A stretch of 33,472 nt of DNA. Source: Planctomycetota bacterium (lineage in GTDB: Bacteria; Planctomycetota; SZUA-567; H5-PLA8). The notes below the pieces were generated by a model. The model did not search any database. It was not told where the DNA came from and worked only from the letters and a program-made list of their open reading frames with translations. The DNA lies in assembly GCA_038227875.1 (NCBI GenBank), contig JBBRPR010000082.1:1-33472 (forward strand), in the 5' to 3' direction. The position numbers and the translations under genes were made by a program. Positions 17,416 through 26,183 of the stretch are shown here, one piece after another. The stretch's first letter is position 1; the number at the start of each line of letters is the position of its first letter.

Positions 17416-20076
17416 TTGCCCACGGATGCTCTGTTGAAAAAATCGGAATCCGCAGCGAACGGGCTGACCTCCGCGGAAGCGCAGCGCCGTCTGGCGGCCG
17501 GCGGTCCCAACACCATCAAGCACACGCGGCGCGATCCGCTGTGGTTGCGTTTTCTGCGCCAGTTCTGGAGCGTCATGGCGGCGCTGCTCTGGGTCGCGGG
17601 AATCCTGGCCATCCTCGCCGGCATGCAGGAACTGGGCTACGCCATTTTCGGCGTGATCGTGATCAACGGCGCGTTTGGCTTTCTGCAGGAATACCGCGCT
17701 GAACGCGCGATTGAAGCGCTGGAGAAGCTGCTGCCGTCGCGCAACATGGTGCTTCGCGACGGCAAGGAAACGCGCCTGGACGCTTCGCAAATTGTGATCG
17801 GCGACGTTGTCTGTCTGGAGCAGGGCGACCAGGTTCCAGCCGATGGCCAGATGATCGCCGCCAACGAATTGCAGATCGATCAGAGTTCGCTGACCGGTGA
17901 ATCGTTTCCGCAGACGAAGGTTCCGGCGGATAACACCGGTGCCGCGCCGCTCTCAAAACTGGAACGCCGCGATTTGATTTTCGCTGGAACCGGAGTGGTC
18001 TCCGGCAGCGGGCGCATGGCCGTCACCGCAACGGGCATGGCGACGGAGATCGGCACGATCGCCAACCTGACGCAGACGGTCCGTGAGCAACCCAGCCCGC
18101 TGCAGCTTGAGATCGCCCATATTGTCCGCATCGTCACCGTGCTTTCCGTGGTGCTTGGCGGCGTCTTTTTCGCACTGGGGATGGCGTCCGGAAAGATGAA
18201 CGCGACGACCGGCTTCTTCTTCGCGCTGGGCGTCATCGTCGCCAATGTTCCCGAAGGCCTGCTGCCCACGATCACCCTGGGCCTGGCGCTGGGTGTCCAA
18301 CGCATGGCGCGGCAGGGCAGTTTGATCAAACGGCTCTCCAGCGTCGAAACGCTGGGCGCGACCACTGTCATCTGCACGGACAAGACCGGCACCATCACCA
18401 AAGGGACGATGGAAGTCTCGGAGCTCTGGAGTTCCGGCCGCACCGTGAAGGTGAGCGACGCTGGCGCCGCTGACGATCAGGAACTGCGCGGGCTGCTGTG
18501 CCACGCGATGCTCGCGTCGCAGGCGCTCAGCGAGCGCGGCAATCCGATGGAGACGGCGATCTTCCGCTATTCGCAGCAGCTGAAACTGGATGGCAGCGCG
18601 CTGGTCCGCGAACGTCCCAGCCTGTCCGTTCATCCGTTCGATTCCTTTCGCAAGCGCATGTCCATCGTCCGCGAATCGGGATCGGCGAAAACCGTTTACG
18701 TCAAAGGCGCGCCACTGGTCACACTGGGGCTGTGTACGTCGTGGCTCAACCGCGGCGCTGTCGAACCGCTGACCGCCGCGACGCAGGCGCGGATCCGCGC
18801 CGATCACGATGCGCTGGCCGACCGTGGCTTGCGCGTGCTGGCAGTCTGCGAAAGGAACGAAGGACCGAATCTGGAGCGCTCTCTGCCGGCGGAACTCGAA
18901 CGGGAGCTCACCTTCGTCGGCATGATCGCCTTCTGGGATCCGCCGCGCGCGGAAGTCGCCGGCGCGATGGAACAATGCACGCGCGCGGGCATCCGCGTGA
19001 TCATGATCACTGGCGACGACGGCCGCACCGCGCAGAGCATTGCGCGGCAGATCGGACTTCCAGTCTCGAGCGTGATGACCGGCGATGAGCTCGCCACGAT
19101 TTCACCCGAAGCGCTGCGCGAGACGGTCAAGACGTCGCAGATCCTTTTTGCGCGCACGTCGCCGCAGCACAAGCTCGCCATCGTCAAAGCGCTCAAGGAA
19201 AACGGCGAGATCGTCGCGGTGACCGGCGACGGCGTCAACGATTCTCCCGCGCTGAAGATGGCCGACATCGGCGTGGCGATGGGCATCCGCGGCACCGAAG
19301 TCACAAAGGAAGCGGCGGAGATGGTGATCACCGATGACAACTTCGCCTCGATCATCTCCGCAATCCGCGAAGGCCGCACGATCTATTCCAACATTGGCAA
19401 ACTGGTGACGTATGTGTTCGCGTCCAACGTACCGGAGCTCATTCCGTTTCTCTGCTTCGTCTTTCTCGGCATTCCGCTGCCGCTGACGGTGCTCCAGATT
19501 CTCGCCGTCGATCTCGGCACGGATATGTTTCCAGCGCTGGCCCTTGGGTCCGAGCCCCCGGAGCCGGGCATCATGGACCTGCCGCCGCGGAAGAAGTCCG
19601 ACCACCTGCTTGGCTTCGGCCGGTTGGCGCGCGCGTATCTTTTCCTGGGCCTGATTGAAGCCGCGCTGGCGATGTTTGCGTTTTACGGCACGTACTGGCT
19701 GGCCGGCTGGCGTCCCGGCGCGCTGATGGACGACAGCGGCGAACTCTACCGCCACGCCACGACGATGACGCTGACCGGCATCGTTGCCGCGCAGATCGGC
19801 AACGTCTTCGCATGCCGCTCGGAACGCGCCTCGATTTTCTCGATCGGACTGTTCTCGAATCCGCGCGTCTTCTGGGGCATCGCCGCCGAACTCGCGATCC
19901 TGGCACTGCTGATCTTCGTGCCCTTCCTCCGCGCCCCCTTCGGCCTGGCGATCCCGACCGTACGCGAACTCTCGCTGCTGCTCGCGTTTCCGTTCGTGCT
20001 GCTGTCGTTGGAGGAACTGCGTAAAGTCATCGTGAGAGTGAGAGCGACCGGACCACGGCGCGCTCACGCCACCTAG
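17416..20076 (+). CDS. Cation-transporting P-type ATPase, P2C (Na+/K+, H+/K+)-like
   Basis: TGES, IVANVPEGL, DKTGT, KGAP, DPPR, TGD, TGDGVNDSPALK, ASNVPE, DLGTDMFPA; start uncertain (TTG without an obvious RBS). Confidence 0.95.
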   Translation: MPTDALLKKSESAANGLTSAEAQRRLAAGGPNTIKHTRRDPLWLRFLRQFWSVMAALLWVAGILAILAGMQELGYAIFGVIVINGAFGFLQEYRAERAIEALEKLLPSRNMVLRDGKETRLDASQIVIGDVVCLEQGDQVPADGQMIAANELQIDQSSLTGESFPQTKVPADNTGAAPLSKLERRDLIFAGTGVVSGSGRMAVTATGMATEIGTIANLTQTVREQPSPLQLEIAHIVRIVTVLSVVLGGVFFALGMASGKMNATTGFFFALGVIVANVPEGLLPTITLGLALGVQRMARQGSLIKRLSSVETLGATTVICTDKTGTITKGTMEVSELWSSGRTVKVSDAGAADDQELRGLLCHAMLASQALSERGNPMETAIFRYSQQLKLDGSALVRERPSLSVHPFDSFRKRMSIVRESGSAKTVYVKGAPLVTLGLCTSWLNRGAVEPLTAATQARIRADHDALADRGLRVLAVCERNEGPNLERSLPAELERELTFVGMIAFWDPPRAEVAGAMEQCTRAGIRVIMITGDDGRTAQSIARQIGLPVSSVMTGDELATISPEALRETVKTSQILFARTSPQHKLAIVKALKENGEIVAVTGDGVNDSPALKMADIGVAMGIRGTEVTKEAAEMVITDDNFASIISAIREGRTIYSNIGKLVTYVFASNVPELIPFLCFVFLGIPLPLTVLQILAVDLGTDMFPALALGSEPPEPGIMDLPPRKKSDHLLGFGRLARAYLFLGLIEAALAMFAFYGTYWLAGWRPGALMDDSGELYRHATTMTLTGIVAAQIGNVFACRSERASIFSIGLFSNPRVFWGIAAELAILALLIFVPFLRAPFGLAIPTVRELSLLLAFPFVLLSLEELRKVIVRVRATGPRRAHAT

Positions 20077-20086
20077 GAGAGCACGG

Positions 20087-20635
20087 ATGCTGCGTCCGGA
20101 TTTTCAATGCGACATCGTTGTCGGCGGGGTGACGATCCAGGTCGAAATGGAACCGGGATGCTGGATCGGAAATGGCCGCCTGGCGATCCTGGCGAGCGGA
20201 AAAGACGTGGGTGGCGATACGTACAGCAGCACGCGCGAATTCAACAAAGCAACGGACGCCGACGTGAAGCGCTTGTTGAAGAAAATCAAACTTGCGCCGT
20301 GCAGTGTGACCGGCTGCAACGGCCGCTTTATCGCCGGCGAGCGTTTTGAACTCTATAACAAGGAAAGGCACTGCGAACCCCACCGCCGACAGGCGCTCAA
20401 GGAACGCGACGCCGCGGAACAAGTCCGCCAAAAGGCAAAGCAGGCCGCCGCCGACACGAAACAAAAAGCGAAGGGATTCACTTACAAGGCAACAGTCTGG
20501 ATTCACCGCGACGGCCGCAGCGACACGTACGTCGTCACCTATTTCAAAACGAAGCCGACGAAGGATGAGCTGACGACACTGGCGAAGAAGCACCGGTCGA
20601 AGATCGTCGACGACTTCAGGATTCAAAAATTGTAG
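20087..20635 (+). CDS. Hypothetical protein, basic, with a possible Cys/His metal site
   Basis: 182-aa ORF filling the gap; AGGAG overlaps the ATPase stop; CSVTGC...HCEPH. Confidence 0.7.
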   Translation: MLRPDFQCDIVVGGVTIQVEMEPGCWIGNGRLAILASGKDVGGDTYSSTREFNKATDADVKRLLKKIKLAPCSVTGCNGRFIAGERFELYNKERHCEPHRRQALKERDAAEQVRQKAKQAAADTKQKAKGFTYKATVWIHRDGRSDTYVVTYFKTKPTKDELTTLAKKHRSKIVDDFRIQKL

Positions 20636-20662
20636 ACATGCCGAACGAACCGCCGTGCGCGC

Positions 20663-21568
20663 TTACTCGCTCTTGGGGAGGTCCGTCTGCAGCGGCGGGT
20701 TCCGGCGCAGGTCTTCGATCTTGCGCGCGCGGGCGCTCATCTCTTCGGCTTCGGCCTTCTTGAAATCGCGCTTGGCGATCGCCGGATTGACATTCTGCGG
20801 CGCGTCGACATAGACGATCTTCCCGTCCTTGCCGACCTGCTGAATCGGCTTGGGTTCGAGATCGGCCAGCATCTTCGCGGCGATGCGAACTTTGCGGACG
20901 TCCGTCAGCGTATCGTTGTACGCCCAGCGTACGTGCGACCAGACGCGCGGGCTTTGCGAGAGTTCCGTGTTCAAGTTCAGTGCGTCGCGTTTGACCGTGC
21001 CGCAGATGTCGTGAAACTGCGCCTCCTCGACCCACAGATTGGCCAACAGCGTGATGTCCTTGGCCAGGGCATCGCTGGTCTTGATCAGGCGCGTGACTTC
21101 CTTGCCGTTGTTGTCCAGGTCCTTGCTGATCTGTTCCATGTGCGTCTTCATTTCGGCGAGCAGATGGTAGCAGCTCGTTGCACGCCGGTTGACCGGACCG
21201 TCGGGCGTCAGGTCGTCCATCAGCGCCTTGGGCTTGGCGGCAGCCACGGCTTCCGGCTTGTCGCCGATCATGTCGACGTCCTCACCGCCGGCCGTTGCAG
21301 GCGCTGGCGGTGCCGGTGGTGGCGGCGCGATCACGGCCGCGTCGGTCTTTTTCGGCTCAACGACAACCGGAGCGGGTGCGACGGGAGCAGGTGTGTTTTC
21401 AGGCGCAACGGCAGGCGCTGTCGTTTCGGCAGGAGCCGGCGCAACGTCTGCAGGCGCGGGCGTCACGGCCGGGGCGTCTGGCTTCACTTCTTCCGCGCTG
21501 CACGGCGCCGCCAGAAAGCTCAATCCGGCAAACAATAGCCCCAACAAAATCGTCGACGATCGTTCCAT
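20663..21568 (-). CDS. Hypothetical secreted protein (Pro/Ala-rich linker plus helical domain)
   Basis: Signal peptide MERSSTILLGLLFAGLSFLAAPCSA; GAGGAG upstream of ATG 21568; alternative start 21604. Confidence 0.8.
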   Translation of the reverse strand: MERSSTILLGLLFAGLSFLAAPCSAEEVKPDAPAVTPAPADVAPAPAETTAPAVAPENTPAPVAPAPVVVEPKKTDAAVIAPPPPAPPAPATAGGEDVDMIGDKPEAVAAAKPKALMDDLTPDGPVNRRATSCYHLLAEMKTHMEQISKDLDNNGKEVTRLIKTSDALAKDITLLANLWVEEAQFHDICGTVKRDALNLNTELSQSPRVWSHVRWAYNDTLTDVRKVRIAAKMLADLEPKPIQQVGKDGKIVYVDAPQNVNPAIAKRDFKKAEAEEMSARARKIEDLRRNPPLQTDLPKSE

Positions 21569-21670
21569 CTGTCGCTCCTCGCGCGGATTCAAGTCAGCTA
21601 ACATAACCTCTTTTGGGGCTGCTTCTATTATAAAATGAGACGCCTGAATACGTTGCGCACGATGTGAAAT

Positions 21671-22924
21671 CTACTTTTCGTTGCGCAGTTTCTCGCGAAA
21701 GAACATAAACCGCTCACGGTAGACTGCGTTTTTCGGCTCCAGCTTCGACGCCTCCTGCAAACAGCGCGTCGCGCCGCGCCAGTCCTTCAACGCCGCCTTC
21801 ACCTCGCCTTCAGTCGCGTGCAGGTACGCGCGGTTGGGGTCCGCGTTCAACGCCGTCTCGATTAACTTCTGCGCCGCCTTCGGTTCGAACTCCGGCGCTG
21901 CGGGATCCTTCACTTTTACGTACGCCAGGTTGTTCAGCGCGCGGACGGAATTGGGATCGATCGTCAGCGCCAGCGCGTAATCGCGTTTGGCTTCCCTCAA
22001 GTTCCCCAGCATCTCCTGCGCGTAACCGGCGTTGATGCAGGCGGTGATGTTCTTCGGGTTGAGCTGCAGCGAACGGTCGGCGTCCTTCAAAGCCTGCGCG
22101 AAGTTCTTTTTGCTCGCGAAAAAACCCGAGCGCGAGGAGAGAAAGACCGCGATCACTTCGCGGTCCGTCAGCGGCCGCATGTACGCGCCGATGGCTTCGG
22201 CGTGCTCGTCAAAGTGCTGCCACTTGCGGTAGAAGTCGTCGTCGAGCTTGGTCCAGTTGCTGGGCGTCAGGCGCGTGACGTCGAAGTTCACCGTCGTGAC
22301 GTGCCCCTTGCCGTCCGGAGGCGGGACGTAGCGCAGGAAGAAATGCGATGGGCAGTGCGCGCCGGAAATCGGCGCACCCATCCGCCGCGCAACGGCCAGC
22401 GTCATGATCCCGACGCTCAGGCACGCGCCTTTGTGCTTGGCAACGGTGAAGTTCAGGTCGTAATCTTCCAGCCGGTCTTCGCGGAACGGCTCCGCGCTCT
22501 TACGGTTGAGCACCACTTCGTAGAGTGAATCGAAGTAGTCCTGGACGTCCGGGTCCTTGGGCAGATCGGCCTTCGCGCGCGCCGCGACCTCATCGAGCGC
22601 CGCAAGCGTCGCCTGCGGCTCGCCGGTCGCGCCGACTTCCTGCCCGAGCGCCAACACGGCTTCCGCCAGATCGAATTCGTTCGATGGCAGCGCGATGATT
22701 TCATCGAACTTGCGGATCGGATTTTTCGGATCGGGCGCCGTGAAGCCGGACTGGGTTTGCGGTTTTTCCGGGGGCGTAATATCGGGAGCAGAAACAGGCG
22801 AGGGAGGCGGAGCGGGTGTGGGCGTCGCCGCGTCATCCTGCCGCAGCGGTTCGCAGCCCGGCAGCAAAACCATCGCCGCCAGACCCATCAAGAAAGCGCG
22901 CCCAACGCGGCGCGGTTTAAACAT
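21671..22924 (-). CDS. SirB1/transglutaminase-like plus TPR lipoprotein
   Basis: Lipobox LLPGC; KGACLS......ARRMG..I.G...PSHFFLRY; C-terminal TPR repeats. Confidence 0.85.
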   Translation of the reverse strand: MFKPRRVGRAFLMGLAAMVLLPGCEPLRQDDAATPTPAPPPSPVSAPDITPPEKPQTQSGFTAPDPKNPIRKFDEIIALPSNEFDLAEAVLALGQEVGATGEPQATLAALDEVAARAKADLPKDPDVQDYFDSLYEVVLNRKSAEPFREDRLEDYDLNFTVAKHKGACLSVGIMTLAVARRMGAPISGAHCPSHFFLRYVPPPDGKGHVTTVNFDVTRLTPSNWTKLDDDFYRKWQHFDEHAEAIGAYMRPLTDREVIAVFLSSRSGFFASKKNFAQALKDADRSLQLNPKNITACINAGYAQEMLGNLREAKRDYALALTIDPNSVRALNNLAYVKVKDPAAPEFEPKAAQKLIETALNADPNRAYLHATEGEVKAALKDWRGATRCLQEASKLEPKNAVYRERFMFFREKLRNEK

Positions 22925-22950
22925 TACTTGGATTGCCCCACGCAGTGCTC

Positions 22951-22980
22951 CCAAGAGCTAAGAGCCACGAGCCAAGAGCC
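22951..22980 (+). repeat. Heptamer tandem repeat (CCAAGAG)x4, imperfect
   Basis: CCAAGAG CTAAGAG CCACGAG CCAAGAG CC, intergenic. Confidence 0.85.
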
Positions 22981-22984
22981 GTTA

Positions 22985-23761
22985 CTACTTTCCGAAGCTG
23001 ATCTTGTCCCCGTTGGCCACCCACCACGTCTGCCATTCCTGCTGGTCGAGCGTGGGGAGGTCGCCCTTGTAGCTGGTGTGCGCGGTGATGATTTCGGTCA
23101 GCAGTTCGGAGCAGATTTCACCGCGGGTGCGGTTGCGGGTCGCACGACCGGTGTCGGCCTTGGAATGCCCGGCGAGCTGGTAGTTGGCCTGCAGCGCTTT
23201 GCCTTCTTCGTCGACGTTGGTCATCGCGTCGATCAGGAACGGAATCGCGTCCTTGCCGTAGGCGATCAGTTCAGCGCGCGCTTCGCGCCAGCCCACGGTG
23301 CCCAAACGGCGAATGGCGCTGTGGATGCTGTTTTCGAGTTCAATCTTGGCCGCGAGCGCCGCGGTCTCTTTGCGCTTGGCTTCCTTGCTCGGATCGGCCG
23401 CCGCTGCCGCGCCGCTGCCGCCGCCTTTGCTGCTCGCGGGCTGGCCGATGATGTTGAACTTTTCGTCGACGTATACGGGATTGCCATCCAGGATCACCAA
23501 GCGTCCGCCGGCCGGTGCATCCACGACGGGAACGCTGGCCGTCACCGCTGGCTTGGCTGGCGCGGTTGCGGCCGGAGCGGGAACCGGGGCCGTTTCACCC
23601 TTGGGCTCGTCCTTCACACCATACTTGGTGGGGCCTTTATCGTTGGAGACGCCCTGCTGCGTGGTGTCGGGCGTGCGTTCCGCTTCTTCGGCGAACGCCG
23701 GCCCGGAGAGACAAACTCCCGCAAACAAAACCACCGCCACAAATTTGACGTGCGAAGCCAT
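22985..23761 (-). CDS. Hypothetical secreted protein with a HEAT-like C-terminal region
   Basis: Signal peptide ending AFA; REARAELIAYGKDAIPFLIDAM and W..WW HEAT-like elements; GGAG upstream. Confidence 0.8.
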   Translation of the reverse strand: MASHVKFVAVVLFAGVCLSGPAFAEEAERTPDTTQQGVSNDKGPTKYGVKDEPKGETAPVPAPAATAPAKPAVTASVPVVDAPAGGRLVILDGNPVYVDEKFNIIGQPASSKGGGSGAAAAADPSKEAKRKETAALAAKIELENSIHSAIRRLGTVGWREARAELIAYGKDAIPFLIDAMTNVDEEGKALQANYQLAGHSKADTGRATRNRTRGEICSELLTEIITAHTSYKGDLPTLDQQEWQTWWVANGDKISFGK

Positions 23762-23944
23762 GAGCAAACTCTCCAAAAACCAAAACCCAATGCGTAGGAA
23801 ATCGACACTATGCTCCCCTGTTCCACAAGACTGTCAAGGCGCAGTTTGCAGTCCTTCCGGCTCGTCGCCTCGTCTCCCGGGTAAACTCAACCGAACTGGC
23901 AATCCGAATTTTGAACTGGCCGGGGTCTCTGCTATATTTGAGGC

Positions 23945-25066
23945 ATGGCATCTGAATCCTTCTGGGCTAAGTACGGGGCTCGCACGATCATTTACGTGAC
24001 GTGCCTGGGACTGTTCGTCATACTTGTGCTCGCGGGCGCGGGGTCGACGGCGACGGTGGTCAACAACACCGAAGTCGCGATCGTGGTCAACAACATCACG
24101 GGTTCTGTCTCGGAGCTCCAGAACGGCGGCATGGTCGTCCATCTGCCGTTCGGGCTGACTTCCGTATACAAAATCGACAAATCGCAGCGGCTGCTGCGGC
24201 TGACGCGGGAAGAACACACGGCCGAGCATCCCAACGGCGAACAGATCAACATCAAGACCAACGACGGTTGCAACTTGGATCTCGACATCGAAATTGTCTA
24301 CCAGATCATCCCAGCACAGGCGTTCGTCGCCTATCGAGAACTGGTCGAAGAGAGCCGCGAACAGAATCTCGATGAAATCCTGCGTGCGATCGTGCGCGCG
24401 GAGGTGCGCGGACAGTTTGGCGAGTTGTCCACGCTGGAGCTGGCCGAGGCGCTGCCGCGTACGGCGAAGCTGAAAGTGATCCAGCAGGATCTCTCGGACA
24501 TGTTTCAACCACTGGGCGTCGATGTGGTCTCGGTGACGGCGCAGAATTTCCAGTTCGACCCAGAGTTCGAAAAAATCGTCCGCGACCGCAAGGAAGCCGA
24601 CCAGATCCTGGTCAATCAGAAGGACTACCAGGACGCCGCGCGCGAAGCGGGCAAGCGCAAAGTCGCCGAAGCCAACCGCGACAAGGAGACCGCGCTGGCG
24701 CAGTTGCAGGGCGAATTGGACAAGCAGACCATCGCCGCCCAGGGCGAAGCGCAGCGCACCAAGACGAAATCCGAACAGCAGGCCTATCAGCTCGAACGCG
24801 AAGGCGAAACGGCATTCCGCACGGCCGATCAGGAAGCGGCGGCGATCCTCGCCGAGGGCCAGCGCAAGGCCGAAGCAATGCAGACGCTCTTTGGCGCGTA
24901 CGAAACCGGCGGGCCAGGCCTGGTGAAGGAAGCGCTGGTAAAGCTCTATGAGGGCGTCACGGTCCGCGCGCGTCCGTATGCGGCTTCAGACCGGATCGAT
25001 CAGTACCAGACCGTTCCTGTCATCCAGCCCAAGGCCTCAACAACCAAGACGGGAGACCGCCCATGA
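23945..25066 (+). CDS. SPFH (band 7/HflK-HflC/prohibitin) domain protein
   Basis: N-terminal TM, V...EVAIVVN, I.IKT.DG..L.LD..I.Y, GV.V..V......F, long Ala/Glu coiled coil. Confidence 0.88.
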   Translation: MASESFWAKYGARTIIYVTCLGLFVILVLAGAGSTATVVNNTEVAIVVNNITGSVSELQNGGMVVHLPFGLTSVYKIDKSQRLLRLTREEHTAEHPNGEQINIKTNDGCNLDLDIEIVYQIIPAQAFVAYRELVEESREQNLDEILRAIVRAEVRGQFGELSTLELAEALPRTAKLKVIQQDLSDMFQPLGVDVVSVTAQNFQFDPEFEKIVRDRKEADQILVNQKDYQDAAREAGKRKVAEANRDKETALAQLQGELDKQTIAAQGEAQRTKTKSEQQAYQLEREGETAFRTADQEAAAILAEGQRKAEAMQTLFGAYETGGPGLVKEALVKLYEGVTVRARPYAASDRIDQYQTVPVIQPKASTTKTGDRP

Positions 25067-26163
25067 GCGACTCCCGGATCAGCAAGTTCGGTTGTTTTGC
25101 AGCCGTGGCGCTGGCGGTGATGGCCGGCTGCGTGACGCTGCTGTGGACCTGCACGGTGTGCGTGCCAGCCAACAGCGTGGCGGTGCGCACAGCGCTGACC
25201 TCATCGGGCATTGAAGCCCGTGACTACGGTCCCGGCTTTGTGCTCTGCATCCCCGGTTTCCACCGCGTCAAGCTCTGGGATCCGACCTGGTCGAATTCGT
25301 ACCAAACGCTGCAGGTGCGCGGCAGCGATCAGTACACGACGAGCGTCGACATTTCGGTGCTCTACCGCATCCGTCCCGGCTTCGCGCATGAAGCAGCGCA
25401 GCATTTCCTGGACTACAACCACATCGAACAGCTGGCCAAAACGACGCTGAGCAAGTTCGCCAACGAAATCCTGGCGCAGATGAATACCGAGGACTTCTAC
25501 AACTCGAAAATCCGCACGGCGAAAGCCGAAGACACGCGGCTGGCGATGGAAAAGCAGCTGGAACCCTACGGTCTGGAAGTGAAGAAGGTGCTGCTGCGCA
25601 ACATCGTCTACGATCCGAAATTCGAAGCGCAGTTGCTGCAGAAGCAGCTGGCCGGGCAGCGCAAGAGCCTCGAAATCGCCCTGGGTCAGAAGGCCACGGC
25701 CGAGACCGAAACGTCGCTGATCTCCCGCCGTGCCGAAGCCGAAGTGAAGCGCATCGAAGAGAGCAAGGTTCAGGAGATCGAAAATCTCAAGGCGGAGACC
25801 GACCGCAAGATCGCGCGGATGACGCAGGACGCGAAAATGGAATCCGCCGCGCTGATCGCCAAGGCCGAATCCACCAAGCGTCAGAAATTGGCACAGGCTG
25901 ATCTGCTGAAAGCCAATGCGTCGGCTAAGGGCACGGAACTGATGAGCAAAGTCTACACGCAGCACGGCGCGGCCTACTATTTCGCCCGCAAAGCGCTGGA
26001 AGGAATGAAGCTCGGCGACATCGAATTGAATTCGAACAATTTCAACCCGCTGGACATTGAACGGATGCTCAAGGCCGTCGGGCTGGACGCGCAGACATTC
26101 AACAAGGATGCCGGATTGCCCGCGCCGCTGGCTCCGTCCACGCCCGCTCCCGGCAAACAGTAG
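25063..26163 (+). CDS. SPFH domain protein, second of a tandem pair
   Basis: ATGA overlap with the upstream gene; TM, YGPG....IPG, VDISVLYRI, GLEV..VLLR.I, coiled coil. Confidence 0.88.
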   Translation: MSDSRISKFGCFAAVALAVMAGCVTLLWTCTVCVPANSVAVRTALTSSGIEARDYGPGFVLCIPGFHRVKLWDPTWSNSYQTLQVRGSDQYTTSVDISVLYRIRPGFAHEAAQHFLDYNHIEQLAKTTLSKFANEILAQMNTEDFYNSKIRTAKAEDTRLAMEKQLEPYGLEVKKVLLRNIVYDPKFEAQLLQKQLAGQRKSLEIALGQKATAETETSLISRRAEAEVKRIEESKVQEIENLKAETDRKIARMTQDAKMESAALIAKAESTKRQKLAQADLLKANASAKGTELMSKVYTQHGAAYYFARKALEGMKLGDIELNSNNFNPLDIERMLKAVGLDAQTFNKDAGLPAPLAPSTPAPGKQ

Positions 26164-26183
26164 TTCCTCCGGATTCGCAGCGC

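Noticed and set aside
16528..17790. Apparent 1017-aa minus-strand ORF and the 404-aa plus-strand ORF from 16186, suggesting long overlapping genes
   Set aside because: Each extension is the antisense shadow of the divergent neighbour; recognisable motifs begin only near 16470 (minus) and 16744 (plus).
20663..21568. Cytochrome c assignment from TSCYH
   Set aside because: Not a CxxCH motif.
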